The notes: generated by a model from the sequence alone, not told the origin. 64,000 nt of DNA from Octopus sinensis (GCF_006345805.1 NC_042997.1:2170001-2234000), one strand, 5' to 3'; counted from the first letter of the stretch, positions 1 through 13,709 are shown. Made by a program: numbers and translations.

Positions 1-882
1 GACTGTGAACAACAGAGTGCCATTTCTCCACTGCTATTACAGAAAACACATAGCTTCGAAATAATCTGTTCTCAAGAAGTCAGCTTTGTCACACAACATG
101 AAAATTAACATGCTGATAGCTGACTTAGGATAATGAAAAATGTGTCCCTACTATGCAAACACTATGAAGTGATGAAACGTGCAAAACTACATGCACCGCA
201 TGCAATTCTCTGGATATGATCAGAAAGATAGGACTCGGGTATACAGGGGTGCTAGAAAGAAGTTAGATAACATTATATGTAGTGAAAACAATCGTACTTG
301 TCCTAGATAGAGAAGCAAAGACTGGAATAGAATACAAAAAGCTTGTGACGAAGCAAACATGGTGAACACGTAGTATAAAACCGACAAATAGCGGGCAAAG
401 CCATGTAGAAATAGCCTGTAGATTTAGGAAATCTCTGCAGAAGACCAAACACTACATTAAGATTGCGGAAAATCCAGGGAAATCAGATCACAACTATATA
501 GGACATACCGCTTTGAGAATAACTTATGCACAAATAACTGCATGGTATATAGGATTAGCCCTGGCATTAATTGTAGAACTAGAAATGTAGTCACAGCATA
601 AAATGCATAGAAGGTGCTTGTAAAGACATGGACATGACATACATATGGGAAATATTTAGGAGTATTACGGAACGACTAAATGAAAATTTGAGACAATATG
701 ACGACAAAATACAGTCCTCCGTACTCTACCAACATGCCAAGGACCGACATAGAGGCAACCAGCGCCAACTTGTCATCCACATTTTATACAAGCACCTAAA
801 GGACGCAACCCTCAGACAAATAGAGGAGTACGTGCTCATAAATGAAATATCCCCAGTACTCAATAGGAAATATACGTCGTAG
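1..882 (+). mobile_element. Decayed Penelope-like element, RT C-terminus plus GIY-YIG endonuclease
   Basis: Frameshifted NCRTRNVV..YI(G)E..RSITERLNE..SVLYQHAKDRH..LRQIEEYVLINEISPVLNRK matches the GIY-YIG pattern of PLEs. Confidence 0.75.
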
Positions 883-1982
883 GTAATCATATTCCCATAC
901 CCACAGTTTATATTTATATACAGGTAGAATAGTTAGTGGGTTGTTATATAGATGGGCTGTTATATAGTATGTGCTTGTGTATATTTGTATACGTATATGT
1001 ATATGCACATGTATGTAGGCAAATGGATATGAATGTAAACAGATGGTCATATAGACGGATAGGTACATAGGTAATATAAAAAGACAAGCACATATACGCA
1101 AACATACGCAAATGAAGACTGAAACACATGACCATATAGGCACACACTTCACTTGACACAAGGACACATAGGGAGACACACATCCACACATATGGAGATA
1201 CACGTTAATACATACAGATACACTAATACATACACACGCAAGGAGACAGGTACACACACAGACACATAGAAATACACACACAGAAAAGCACACAAACACG
1301 AACACACGAAACACAAACACAAACACATGAATATGCAGAATACATACATACAAACTTACACACACACACATATATATATATATATACATACGCGCACACA
1401 CATACATGCACACACACACTTACATGCATACATACATGTGTATGCGCACACACACTCACCCACACGCATGCGCACAAACAAGCAGAAAGAACGCAGCTCG
1501 GATAACAGAGAGAGTGAATAAATATTGAACAGGTTGCTATACGCAACGGAAATTTTCGAAAATTAAAGAGTAAATGAGTGGTAAATTTACCGGTGAATGT
1601 GTTAAATAATAAGGCACTAAAAGAGAATAACTTTCCCAAAGTATCTATACTTTTTTTTAAATATATGTACCGGGCCATAAGTTCTGAAGATGTTTAAATT
1701 AATTGCAATAGCCCAAGTACATGTAACGCACTTAAGGTTATCGCACTTGAGAGAAAATGAACGGCAAATTTAAACTCAGATTTGAAATGAAAACGAAAAA
1801 AGCCGAAAAATACAGAGATTCTGCCAATACAACACACAAGCGATGAAAATAAAAAGAATAATCATAACGTACAAAAACAAAAACTAAAGTAGTTATTAGA
1901 ACCAAACTGTATTTAAGTGAAAATGAATAAATCATTGGAATGTTCAAAGGATATGGTGTATTTTAATATATAAATTCTAAAT

Positions 1983-2168
1983 ACCGGCAGATATCAACGT
2001 GTCTCTAAAAGAAATGGAGAAACTTTCAAAATACAAAGACCTGGAAATAGCGGTAACTAGAATGTGGAATCTAAAAACAGAAACAATCCCTATCATAGTA
2101 GGTGCATTAGGCATGATAAAAAAATATTCAGACAAATACGTAACAAAAACACCAGGACTTACAAACAT
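1983..2168 (+). mobile_element. Fragment of the R4/Dong-like LINE RLE domain
   Basis: VSLKEMEKLSKYKDLEIAVTRMWNLKTETIPIIVGALG is nearly identical to 60590-60780. Confidence 0.85.
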
Positions 2169-2169
2169 A

Positions 2170-3258
2170 TTTTGTTCGATGATCTTTTGCCATCTCTATG
2201 ACAACTTTATGATTCCGCGCTCGCTCATAGGACCTCTGTTCCTTTACAACCAAAAACTGAAGCAAGTGTGATTTCAGGTCATCATCATTATTCAAAATAA
2301 ATAGTAATCTGATGGGGGAAGCCAGGGATCTATGGTGGATATGACATCACTTCCCAACCAAGCTCCATTAATTTTTCGCGAGTTAGCAAAAACGTGTGTG
2401 GTCTAGCGTTGTCATGGTGGAGTACGATTCGTTTACAATTTGCCAATTCTGGCCGTTTTTCTTTGATTGCTTCCTCTAGTTTCATTATTTACTGATAGCA
2501 AACATATGAATTGATCGTTCCTTGGACGCAGATCAAAATACACAACACCTTTGTAATCCCACCAAATTGACAGTATGAGTATTTGTTTATGCATTTCAGC
2601 TTTCGATGAATTATGTGCTGGTTCATTAGGCTTGGACCATGATCGTTTTCGATTGATGTTATTGTAGAGAATGAATTTTTCTTCACCAGTGAGGATTGGT
2701 TTTAAAAATGCACGATTTAATTGCGTTTAAGATGCAATATAGAGTAATTGTGATAAGTGAATTACTTTCAATTTATGTGGAACCCAAATATCGAGCTTCT
2801 TAACGAGACATTTTAAATGATTTTCAATTATTGTCTGTGGTATATTCAACCCCCTCTGCAATCTTTGTCACAGTTATATGACAACCAGATTCAATTATAT
2901 ATTTGATTCGGTCATCATAAACTTACAGAGCATTGGTTGTCTTTGAGTGAAAAATCTCCATAACGGAATTTCTAAAGTCATCTCTGATATGTGCTTTGTG
3001 TTGAGCAGTCAACAAGATAAACTTTATAAATATATCTTTACGGACATAGAAAAGCAAAATAGAGCGAAAATGCTTGCTTTTGCCCTCCATGTTAAAAATG
3101 ACACCGAACTAACAACTGTAAGACACAATTTGCCTTTAAAGTAAACTAAACCTACCGGCTATCAAGTGGGAAATATGAAAAATCATAACATTGGAAAAAG
3201 TCATTAAAAATTCATAATTTTACTTGCGAAAAATAAAATTACTTTCTTGACTACCCAA
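2170..3258 (-). mobile_element. Decayed mariner (DD34D-type) transposon
   Basis: Minus strand gives ILTGEEKFILYNN, WWDYKGVVYF, LHHDNARPHT and LGWEVMSYPP..PSDY. A TIR-like end ttgggtagtcaagaaagtaatt at 3258 abuts TA. Confidence 0.85.
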
Positions 3259-3262
3259 TATA

Positions 3263-3295
<33 letters not shown>

Positions 3296-3405
3296 TTTTT
3301 GTCGGGTTTGTTCGGAGTCTGCGCAGTGTTTTGAATAGTTTAGAAAGAGCATTTCGATAGACGCACATGGATCTATTGGTATGGTCTTTCCATCGTTAAC
3401 AGGAA

Positions 3406-3478
3406 TCTTACTGAAGAGCCAGCCTGAGTAAATAAATACTATTTTTATTACTGAATTTGGCGAAACTGCAGTATAAGA
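3406..3478 (+). ncRNA. Type I hammerhead ribozyme, array C copy 1
   Basis: tctta-CTGAAGA-gcca..tggc-GAAA-ctgcag-TA-taaga. P1 is 5 bp, P2 is 4 bp plus an imperfect extension, P3 is the palindrome CTGCAG. GUA cleavage predicted after 3473. Confidence 0.9.
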
Positions 3479-3809
3479 AAAGTTAAGTTTGTAAAAGTTT
3501 TTAATTCTCATCTCACTAAATTTATCCAGCTATTGTGTATCTAGTACACTCTTCGCCATGAATGTAATGATATATGTATAATATATGGCGTGTACTGGTA
3601 CACCGGCGATTATAATTAATTTTATTGTATCGCATTTATCTTTGTTTACATATTCTCTCGATAAATTTCTGACCGTTAGACGATATACCACAATCCCCTA
3701 TTTTGTCGGGTTTGTTCGGAGTCTGCGCAGTGTTTTGAATAGTTTAGAAAGAGCATTTCGATAGACGCACATGGATCTATTGGTATGGTCTTTCCATCGT
3801 TAACAGGAA

Positions 3810-3882
3810 TCTTACTGAAGAGCCAGCCTGAGTAAATAAATACTATTTTTATTACTGAATTTGGCGAAACTGCAGTATAAGA
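3810..3882 (+). ncRNA. Type I hammerhead ribozyme, array C copy 2
   Basis: Identical to copy 1. Cleavage predicted after 3877, giving a 404-nt monomer (3474-3877). Confidence 0.9.
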
Positions 3883-4047
3883 AAAGTTAAGTTTGTAAAA
3901 GTTTTTAATTCTCATCTCACTAAATTTATCCAGCTATTGTGTATCTAGTACACTCTTCGCCTTGAATGTAATGATATATGTATAATATATGGCGTGTACT
4001 GGTACACCGGCGATTATAATTAATTTTATTGTATCGCATTTATCTTT

Positions 4048-4099
<52 letters not shown>

Positions 4100-4766
4100 G
4101 CACACACACGTGCCTCTACAACATACATATGCAGAGAGTGAGAGAGATAAGGAGAGAGAAAGGAAGTGGGGAGGTATTATTTAATTAAAGCACCATGAAA
4201 GAGCATTTTCTTTATCGCATTTGAAAGAATGAAATGGAAATTTGCATTCAGATGTATTCAAAAACATAAGAGAGATATATACAAAGACGTACGCATATTT
4301 ATGTGTGTATGTGCGTGTGTGTATGCGTATATATTAATATATATGTACATAATGAATATATATATGTTATATACATCTATATATATATACATATGTGTAT
4401 ATATAGTTATATATATATATATACACATAGAATATATATATATGTATGTATAAATTCACATATATATATATACATATATGCTCGTATGTGTATATACATA
4501 TATGTCTGTGTGTATAAATGAATATATATATATATATATGTCTCTCTCTCTCACTCTTTCACATCCTAGCTATATATACATACATATGTGTACATGATTG
4601 TGGGTATGTATGTGTGCGTACAGCCACGGTGGAGGTATCGCATTGACTACGATTTGGTCGAATGAATCAAACACACTGATTGGCATAGTGTCTGTTACTT
4701 AACCTATTGGTCACTTTTCCCTGTTGCTTATTTTGATTTTATATATATACATATGTATGTGTGTGC

Positions 4767-4833
<67 letters not shown>

Positions 4834-4834
4834 G

Positions 4835-4916
<82 letters not shown>

Positions 4917-4918
4917 TA

Positions 4919-5348
4919 CATAACGCCGAGAGCGCTACTTCATTTGTGTAATGTGGAAAATGTCCATTGATATTGCAGAAATGATGTTGGTATCAATTTT
5001 AAAATCCATCCATTAAGAACTTCCATATATTGCGGCCAGTATAGGCCCAGGCTAAGTCTAACTTAATAACACCACCTGATGAAGTGTTTTAGTCATTTAG
5101 TCATATATGGGAGCCATGAACCACACTAGGAAAGAATTACTGTCAGAGAAATATCCGGGTGAAGGAGGTTATTCAAAGATTTTTTGAAGAAATTTGTCGA
5201 GTGAACTATTGAACTGTTTCTTCTTTCACGTATTTTGGTACGGTGGCTAAGTCTTGGATGGATTTTAAAATTGATACCAACATCATTTCTGCAATATCAA
5301 TGGACATTTTCCACATCACACAAATGAGGTAGTGCTCCCGGCGTTATG
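4919..5348. mobile_element. MITE with 94-bp TIRs and TA target duplication (Tc1/mariner type)
   Basis: TA|CATAACGCCG..(4919-5012) and (5255-5348)..CGGCGTTATG|TA are near-perfect inverted repeats. Confidence 0.9.
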
Positions 5349-5351
5349 TAT

Positions 5352-5508
5352 ATCTGTATAGAACGGATTTCTTTCAGTTTCTATCTACCACATCCACACA
5401 CAAGGCTTTTGTCGGCCCGAGCCACCTGTTCAAGTTGCAGCACATTGGCACCAAAACCAGAACATTCTACTTGAGAAGCAGGCTTCTTACATCACAGATA
5501 AGTCCGTA
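5352..5508 (-). mobile_element. Decayed SINE, family with the ccgaccaaagccttgtgagtggat..gaaactgaaagaagcccg tail (also 21685-21812 and 43065-43200, minus strand)
   Basis: Three mutually similar diverged copies in the window. Confidence 0.6.
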
Positions 5509-5594
5509 ACAATGTATGTATATATAGATACATGTGTATGTGTGGGTGTGTGTGTAAGTGTGTGTGTATGTATATGTGTGTATGTATGTGTGTG

Positions 5595-5897
5595 TGAAGG
5601 TGAGGGACTAGTGGTTGGTGCATTTAAGGTCATGAGTTCAATTCTTGCCGACGCATTGTGTTCTTGAGCAAGACACTTTATTTCACATTACTCTAGTTCA
5701 TTCAGCTGGCAAAAATGAGTTGTACCTATATTTCAAAGGGTCAGCTTTGCCACACTCTGTTTCACGGTGAATATCCCTGAGAACTACATTAGATGTACAA
5801 GTGTCTGTGTATTGCTCAGCCACTTGCAACTTAATTGCACAAGTAACCAGTTCCGTTGAAGGTATCAGCTCGACCCTCGTCGTCGTAACCGACGAAG
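5595..5897 (+). mobile_element. tRNA-headed SINE sharing its 3' body with 25202-25586
   Basis: B-box-like gagttcaattc, then ttgagcaagacactt, then the body tttcaaaggg..cctcgtcgtcgtaaccgacg. Confidence 0.75.
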
Positions 5898-5986
5898 TGT
5901 GTGTCTGTGTGTGTGCGTGTATATGTATGTATGTATGCATGTATGTATGTATGTATGTATGTATATATATATATATATATAATATA

Positions 5987-6032
<46 letters not shown>

Positions 6033-6276
6033 TATATCTGTGTGTCAATACGTGCTTGGCGGGGAAATATCTAGGTTTCCGCTTTGTAATCAGAGTTCTG
6101 TACCCATTTGCAAAATTCAATCACATGTATGTTGCAGACTGCTATGAGTATCACTAGAAAAAATAAAAGAAAATGTGGGGGAAAGTAACAATTCTCATCC
6201 TCTTTTTATATTTATTCTTTCTCTCTCACATGATATAGGCATACCAACAAATATGCACAGAGACATACATGTACAG

Positions 6277-6330
<54 letters not shown>

Positions 6331-6352
6331 ATATATATATATATATAATATA

Positions 6353-6435
<83 letters not shown>

Positions 6436-6939
6436 TTTATACCGAGCAATCAATTTTTATTTTCGAGCGAACAGAGGCATTGCAAAAATCAGGAGAAATA
6501 ATTGAATTATTGATATTGCAAAATGAAATTCTATCAAATGATTCCCAGTAATATTAATAGTTTGCCAAAGGACAAGATAAATTACTGGAGAAAAACAATG
6601 AATTCGTAATTTGCGCTGCAGAAAGAACACTTACATAAAAAGTATATATATATATATATATATATACATATATATACATGCATACACACACATATATATA
6701 TATATATATACATATATACATATATGTCTATATATGAGTGTGTCTGTGTATGTGTATGTGTTCATGTGTACGTGTTTACCTAAGTTTGTACGAATCTTTC
6801 AATAAAGTATATTAGTAACCCATCGGTGCCAAATGTATAGAAACAAAAAGTATACTTGGTATTCCGAGATAGTATGGAATAATACTTAACGTAATGTGTC
6901 TATGTGAGTAACCCAAACAAATGAATGGTTAAGAATGCT

Positions 6940-7022
<83 letters not shown>

Positions 7023-7721
7023 GTATAGATATACATGTATCTACACATCTACATAAATATATATACATATGTAGTTATATTTATATATACATATAAATAT
7101 GTACACACACACAGACATATATATATATATAAAATATGTGTATGTATGCATGTATGCATGTATGTGTAGATGTATATTCATTTCTCTAACAATCTGTATT
7201 GATTGAATGAAAGAGAGATAGTGACATGTTGCAAGTCAATATCATATACATGAAGTTTAGGCATCGCTTTTTTAAAATTAATTTAATTGAGGGTTTCGAA
7301 GTAAATTTCGTTATCAAATTATGTTAAAATCTGGAAAGTTTTTTTTTTTCAAATGGCATTTAATTGCATTAGAGAAGAAAGCAGCATCTTAAAATCAGCA
7401 TCAAAATCTTCAATAACAACAAATTAGTAAACCTAACAATGATAATATTGATTTTAATATTTACATAACAAACATTTGTTTTAGAGGCCTATCATTGATT
7501 GAATATTCCCCGGATGTTTTTTTTTGTTGTTTTTTAAATTTGGTCAAACTTGATTGAGTAGACTGAGGAAAATTCGATCTGCAACCATCGTGTGATTCTC
7601 CTAGTGAACTATATATACCCACGGGTTAGTGTGTTTCAGTGTATACATACGTCAGCATATTTATGTATGTGAATATGAATATTTTTTTCACATACACACA
7701 CAGGTACGCCCAAAATATGTG

Positions 7722-7776
<55 letters not shown>

Positions 7777-7835
7777 GTATGTATATATATATATACATAT
7801 ATATATATACATATATATGCATATATATATATGTA

Positions 7836-7894
<59 letters not shown>

Positions 7895-8574
7895 ATGTCT
7901 TTGGGGTGTATATGTATGTTTCAGTGTAAAATATAACTGTTATATACATGAATATGTATACACCCAGACACACTCGCACACTCACAGGCTTAGATATTCC
8001 TACCTATATCTATTTCCATACACAATTCTTTAATTTCAGGAATAAAATTCCATATTCGAAACCAGTGAATTGAGTATATCAACAGTGACTATCCACGTGT
8101 AGGCTAAGAAACAACAAACTCAGAAGTGTGTGTGTTTGTGTTTTCTGCTCGCTAGTGATCCATCTATACCAAATACATAGAAAAATAAACACATTCAACA
8201 GATCCTTGCTCGCGCCAATATGATACAAAATAGTTCGTTTATGGTGTTGTGATAATTAAGATATAGACATTATCGAGACAGAAAACAATGGTAGATAAAG
8301 CTAGGGAATAGGGGAAAGCGTTATATAGCAATCGTTATGGCGAGTGTAGCTAAACACGTCATTTCGTTGAGCATATGCTTGTCAATAAAAGTACAGATTA
8401 ACAAAATATATCATATCATGTCCATGTCCATCCAAATCTGCGACGTTCATCAATGTTTATGCAAATACACGGTCTATACGTATCAAACAGAAGCAGAACC
8501 CACATATTACCAGATTTTAAGTACAGAAAAGTTTTGCATATATACATGCATACATATAAACATACATACATACA

Positions 8575-8664
<90 letters not shown>

Positions 8665-8841
8665 CCTGGCGATTTTCTGCCCCCGTCATCCCTTTTTTAG
8701 ACTTTCTTCATTTTCTGACGAAGAGACTTTCTTAATCTTAAAATCCTTTTTCTTTCCTTTCCCAAGTGTCTGAAAATACAGTACTTTTATTATCAGACAC
8801 TTGTGTTGTTGTTTTTTCCTGTTTGTATTCACTATATATAA

Positions 8842-8880
<39 letters not shown>

Positions 8881-8942
8881 TAAATATATATATATAAATA
8901 GATATATATACATACATTATATATAAATATTAATATGTATAT

Positions 8943-8973
<31 letters not shown>

Positions 8974-9567
8974 GGGCACAAGAATATCCAAATTTCCATC
9001 TTATGGATGCCTTCTAGAAAATCAAATCAAATACAGTTGTTCTAAACAAAGAAAATAAAGTTTTCCAGGTTTATAAGCAGTGGCCATGCTTATAAGTTTC
9101 CACTTTACCGAAAGACCTTTTCGTTATCTCTTAAATCTCAAATAAATTTACTAATGCTAGTGGAAGCTGACCTATTTATATTATTAAAGCTGCAAATATG
9201 GTTAAAAATTCGTTTTTTTCAAATCAGATGTTATGTAGCACAAATATAAACGTAATTTGTACCTTCAGAATATATCTTACACCTGTAAACAACAATGACA
9301 TGCTTGCGTTCAGAAAAACGCGCGCGCGCACTCACACGTCTGAATTTCTCATGGGTTAGCCGACACGTTCATTGACTTCCTTTTCAAATTCCTCAGGAGG
9401 ATATAACCAGGTCACTGATTTCAAATATGCAACTTTATTTCTAAAATTAAAGAACTGTGCATGGAAACATCTGTAGGGAGGAGTTTCTATGTATGAATTT
9501 GAATATCTTTAAATAAAAACATCAATACTTATATTTTTATCCGTTTCTCTCTTTTTCTTATTTAGAG

Positions 9568-9612
<45 letters not shown>

Positions 9613-9647
9613 TATGTGTACGCACACACGCACACACACACACACAC

Positions 9648-9686
<39 letters not shown>

Positions 9687-9884
9687 GTATTTACAAAAAA
9701 ATACACGAAGACTGGTGTGTAAACAACAAACAGATTATCAGTTATGTATCAGTTTAGCCTACGCTATTCGACAGAAAGGAACACAGAAATAAACAGGGAC
9801 AGGAAATAGAAAAAAGGGTTAATGGCTAGCGACCTATCAGAGAGGTCACAGAGGACAGCTAGGAATAAGGGAACATATATCTTT

Positions 9885-10390
9885 TGTTTACAAATAGCAT
9901 CGAAAAAATAAATAAATTGTTACTATGTTAGCAAAAATTCACCCAAGGATGTAGCAGCCTATCTATAATGGTAGAAATTCCAGTTTTTGGTGAAATGTTT
10001 TTATATATTATTGTTAGATAAATATATGGATTTCAACGCTGGTGTTATTTAAATCTTTTTTTTTTTATTTTCGACACAAGTTTCGAAGAAAACATTAGTA
10101 TTATTTCAGTAGGAATAAAATGGTGTAAAACAATGGAAACTTCTCATGAGCGGAAGACAGAAAGCAAACACATCAATAATACATTTTAACAGAATGTGAT
10201 GACTGTGTATATGATGAAGGGAACGCTAGTAAGCTTAATTCCATTTATTTATTTATCCAAATCATTCAAAAACATTTCACCAAAACCTGGAATTTCTACC
10301 TTATAAGTAATCTGTTACATCCTTGGTACTTGCGTGAATTTTTCCTACCCTGGTAACTATTTATTTATTTTCCCCTGTTATTTGTAAACA
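9885..10390. mobile_element. Old foldback/MITE with ~135-bp imperfect TIRs
   Basis: TGTTTACAAATA..ggtagaaattccag.ttttggtgaaatgttttt is the reverse complement of 10250-10390. Confidence 0.8.
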
Positions 10391-10479
10391 TTGAAAAATA
10401 CACATGCATTTATATACATTTTAACCAGGTTTCCATATGACCTGCAAATAAAATAGTTACCAAATACAGAGTTATTTGA

Positions 10480-10900
10480 TATAAGTGCATTTCCCCAAGG
10501 AAGGTTGTCCTTAAGCAATTCATTAGTAAGACAAACTCCTTTATTAACTGTTTTAGATAGCTTGCCTTTTTCTTCAACAATAAAGATATTAAACAGGGAG
10601 AGTTCCAACTTCTGAATTCAAAAACTAGTTTAAATCTAAAAGCAGTCTTCCATCTAACCCAGGACTGAGACAGTTTGAAAGCGATCTCTGTTAAATGTTA
10701 AATTTCAGCGTTTGCCCTTAAGGAATAAACATCTGAGGCATCTTCACAATATCACCAAGGAAATTCATAACATGGATGGGATACTGGTTCGATCAGATAC
10801 AACACGAAACCTATACAAGCTTACTAAGGATTATTACCTAGAATTGCTTACAAGTGTAGCACAAAAAAATTATAGGGTTACCTATCGCTCTATATCTCTC
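10480..10900 (+). mobile_element. Decayed PLE ORF fragment (pre-RT region)
   Basis: FKSKSSLPSNPGLRQFESDL and ILVRSDTTRNLYKL resemble the PLE motif ADKT.NLYK. Confidence 0.6.
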
Positions 10901-11148
10901 CACTATTAGTGTTCTGCTAATTTCTTTCTCCTACTTTTCTTTCTAATACTACCTTTAACGTCATATCTACTAACGGTTCTCTTTTTAATAAAACATTGCT
11001 ATTAATTGATGTGTTGTGTTTCTTTCTTTCCATGATGAGAGGATGGCATTGTTTTACACCATTGTATTCCTTCTGGAATAATACCAATATTTTCTTTGAA
11101 ACATATGTCAGAAATAACAAGATTTGAATACTTGCGTTCAAATCCTCA

Positions 11149-11185
<37 letters not shown>

Positions 11186-11310
11186 GGGGGGAGAGAGAAA
11201 CACAGCGAGAGAGAAAGAGCCAGTAGTATAGATAGATGCACACATTTGCCTTTGTGGTGTTAATAGAGAAATACAGCTGTTACCATTAGTCATTGTATCT
11301 ACACACACAT

Positions 11311-11354
<44 letters not shown>

Positions 11355-13430
11355 CAAGGTGAAGCGCCATCATAGAAATAGCACAGCGAATCCTAAGAAT
11401 CAACCTCGAAAGCAGGACTTTACTGGAATAATATTTTACTAACAATTTGCTGAGAGTGGAAGTATTTACGAGCGTCTTCACTCGAACAGTTCCATCAATT
11501 CGGCAATGTACTGAGACCATATTGACAAATTAAACTCAGGGGATTAACAAAAAGCCTCCATATCTTGCTAATTATATGGGTCATGTCTAACATTACAGTA
11601 AAGCCAGACCGTACACTTCTTCGCAAATGCGGAAGAAATTACTGAGGTAAATCGACATCTGCTACAGCTTCTTTTCAACTGAAGGACCTGGATGGAATAG
11701 AAAGTATTTTGGAATGGAAATGAAAAGGGAAATGATAAATGTCTCGTCTGGTTAGTCTATCAAAGTAGCTTAAACTTAAACGATATCCGCTATTTAGATA
11801 AAAGAATCTGTGGTATGTTATACAGTTAGTAGGAGTAACGACTCAAATCTTGTATTACCAATAAATTGCATAGAAACAGAAGCAGAATAGTCCAAATGTG
11901 TGATCCTCTAGAATAATCCTCCGCGCGGTAGAACCATCCGCCACAGAATTACTTTGAAATATAGAGGAAACCTGTGATTACAAAATTAATTAAGATATGT
12001 TAAGCAGCCTATTAATTATTAACATGAAGTCTTTGGTTATCGTAAGCTCACTAATATTTTAGATTCGTAATCTGCTGAATTTTCGATTAGAAGCATATGC
12101 CAAACCAAATTATGATAAAGATCTACAGACAAAAATGCTAAAAGTTGAGAAAAACAAGAAAAAAAACTAAGATGTAAAGAGAATATTAAATGGATTGAGA
12201 ACAGTAAACAGCCAAGCGCTTCAGTGTGTTGTCTTCCAATGGGATCCATTATAAGTTAATAAAGTTTGAAATTGCAAAATCCATACATATAGCAATTATG
12301 CGAACTAAATATAAAAGAAAATAGTGTTTAATATCATGGATTGTATGATTCACGAAATGCAAAGATTAAATCTAGGTATTTAGAATTAGTATATAATAAT
12401 TAAGAAACAACACTATCACCACCTACAACAATTTCAAACGAAAGGGAAACTAGCGCATGGACTATCCAACCTCCATAACCTATAATGTGACATACATTCG
12501 GCCTCCATTCTAGAAATAACGAATTTGCATATAGAAAGAATAAATGATATTGATAGAATAATTAAGAAGAACGATTTCAAAAATAGAATTTTGATGCTTC
12601 GGCCACATATATTCACTTCAAACGGATATGAAAAGCACGGGCAAAAACATCAGTTTAACGAATTTAATTAAAGTTACTATACGGTTAAAGCGTCTTTTAA
12701 ATATTGTTCAGTAGACAATGATGAAGTCGACAGCACATCATTTTTCAGTTTCCAAACAGATATATAAAATGTTTGCATCTCCAAATCTTTGCAATTTCTG
12801 GAAGATGTATTGACTATTCTGGGGAAAAACTACTTTTATAATCAAAAGAATATGTTAAAGTATATTCGCAGTTAAGTAAATTGTAAAATGCGCGAGAACA
12901 CCGCAATTAATTACAAAACCACAAATTACTTAACATCCAGAACTAAACATGTATAATTGCTAATGTAATAAATGTACTTAGACAGTCTCGAACAGCATAG
13001 CTGATATGAGAAAGAAGTTTGCGAACATGATCTTTATATTTTATCTTATTCATGTTACAGTCATTCAATTTCAGCCATCTTGAAGGGTTTAATTCAACAA
13101 AACAGCCACAGTACATGTTATTTGAGTCTGGTACACATTCTACCGGACACTTTTTGACGCAAATTAAGGGGACGTAAAGATGGTACTCAGGTAGTAGTAT
13201 TGGGGACAAGAACCGACACATATATGGATTGTCGCTGTGTCGTTACGTATTCAGGAGTGGTTGTGATTTACCTATTGAAATATGTATCGATATGATGGTA
13301 CTATGTAAGTGTTTTTGAAAATTGTGGTTCTTTGGTTTCTTTTTCACCAAGAAACACTTGTTTCACAAATATTTTGCAGCCATTTCCTCAACGTGCCGGA
13401 AATGAACACCTATTTTGTATATCTTCAACT

Positions 13431-13514
13431 ACCTCTGATGAAATTTGACTTACAAATAATATTAAATTTTATTAATTAATTTCCTGAAGGGTTTGAATGA
13501 AACAGCTGTAAGGG
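13431..13514 (+). ncRNA. Hammerhead motif with intact core and weakened helices
   Basis: cct-CTGATGA-(57 nt)-GAAA-cagctg-TA-agg. P1 is 3 bp, P2 is poorly paired, P3 is the palindrome CAGCTG. Confidence 0.55.
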
Positions 13515-13578
13515 TCATTTGTCAATTTATTAATTAACAAATAAGTTAATAATTACCTCTCAATATCCTTATCGTGTA

Positions 13579-13640
<62 letters not shown>

Positions 13641-13666
13641 ACTATCTATCTATCTATATATATATC

Positions 13667-13709
<43 letters not shown>

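Larger units (their letters stand above)
3296..4052 (+). repeat. Tandem dimer (about 1.85 copies) of a 404-bp hammerhead-containing unit, flanked by (TA)n on both sides; retrozyme-like array C
   Basis: gtcgggtttgttcgg starts at 3301 and 3705 (period 404). The copies are nearly identical. TA tracts lie at 3259-3295 and 4051-4096. Confidence 0.95.

Noticed and set aside
3251-3915. Duplicated 79-86-aa ORF (MRIKNFY...)
   Set aside because: It is antisense to the hammerhead unit and has no recognisable homology. The duplication simply reflects the tandem repeat.
8710-8815. CTGACGA with a 7/8-bp helix II and GAAA
   Set aside because: No helix I or valid helix III/NUH. An alternative 11-bp hairpin uses the same bases.
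9385-9485. CTCAGGA..GAAA-catctg-TA-ggg in a TA-flanked block; similar partial strings at 6070, 17225, 23320, 38790 and 40440
   Set aside because: Each has one or more core changes plus failed helices. Such strings are expected by chance in AT-rich DNA.
12943-13221. 92-aa Cys-containing ORF resembling a real exon
   Set aside because: It overlaps a decayed copy of the SINE-like repeat also at 15855-16035.
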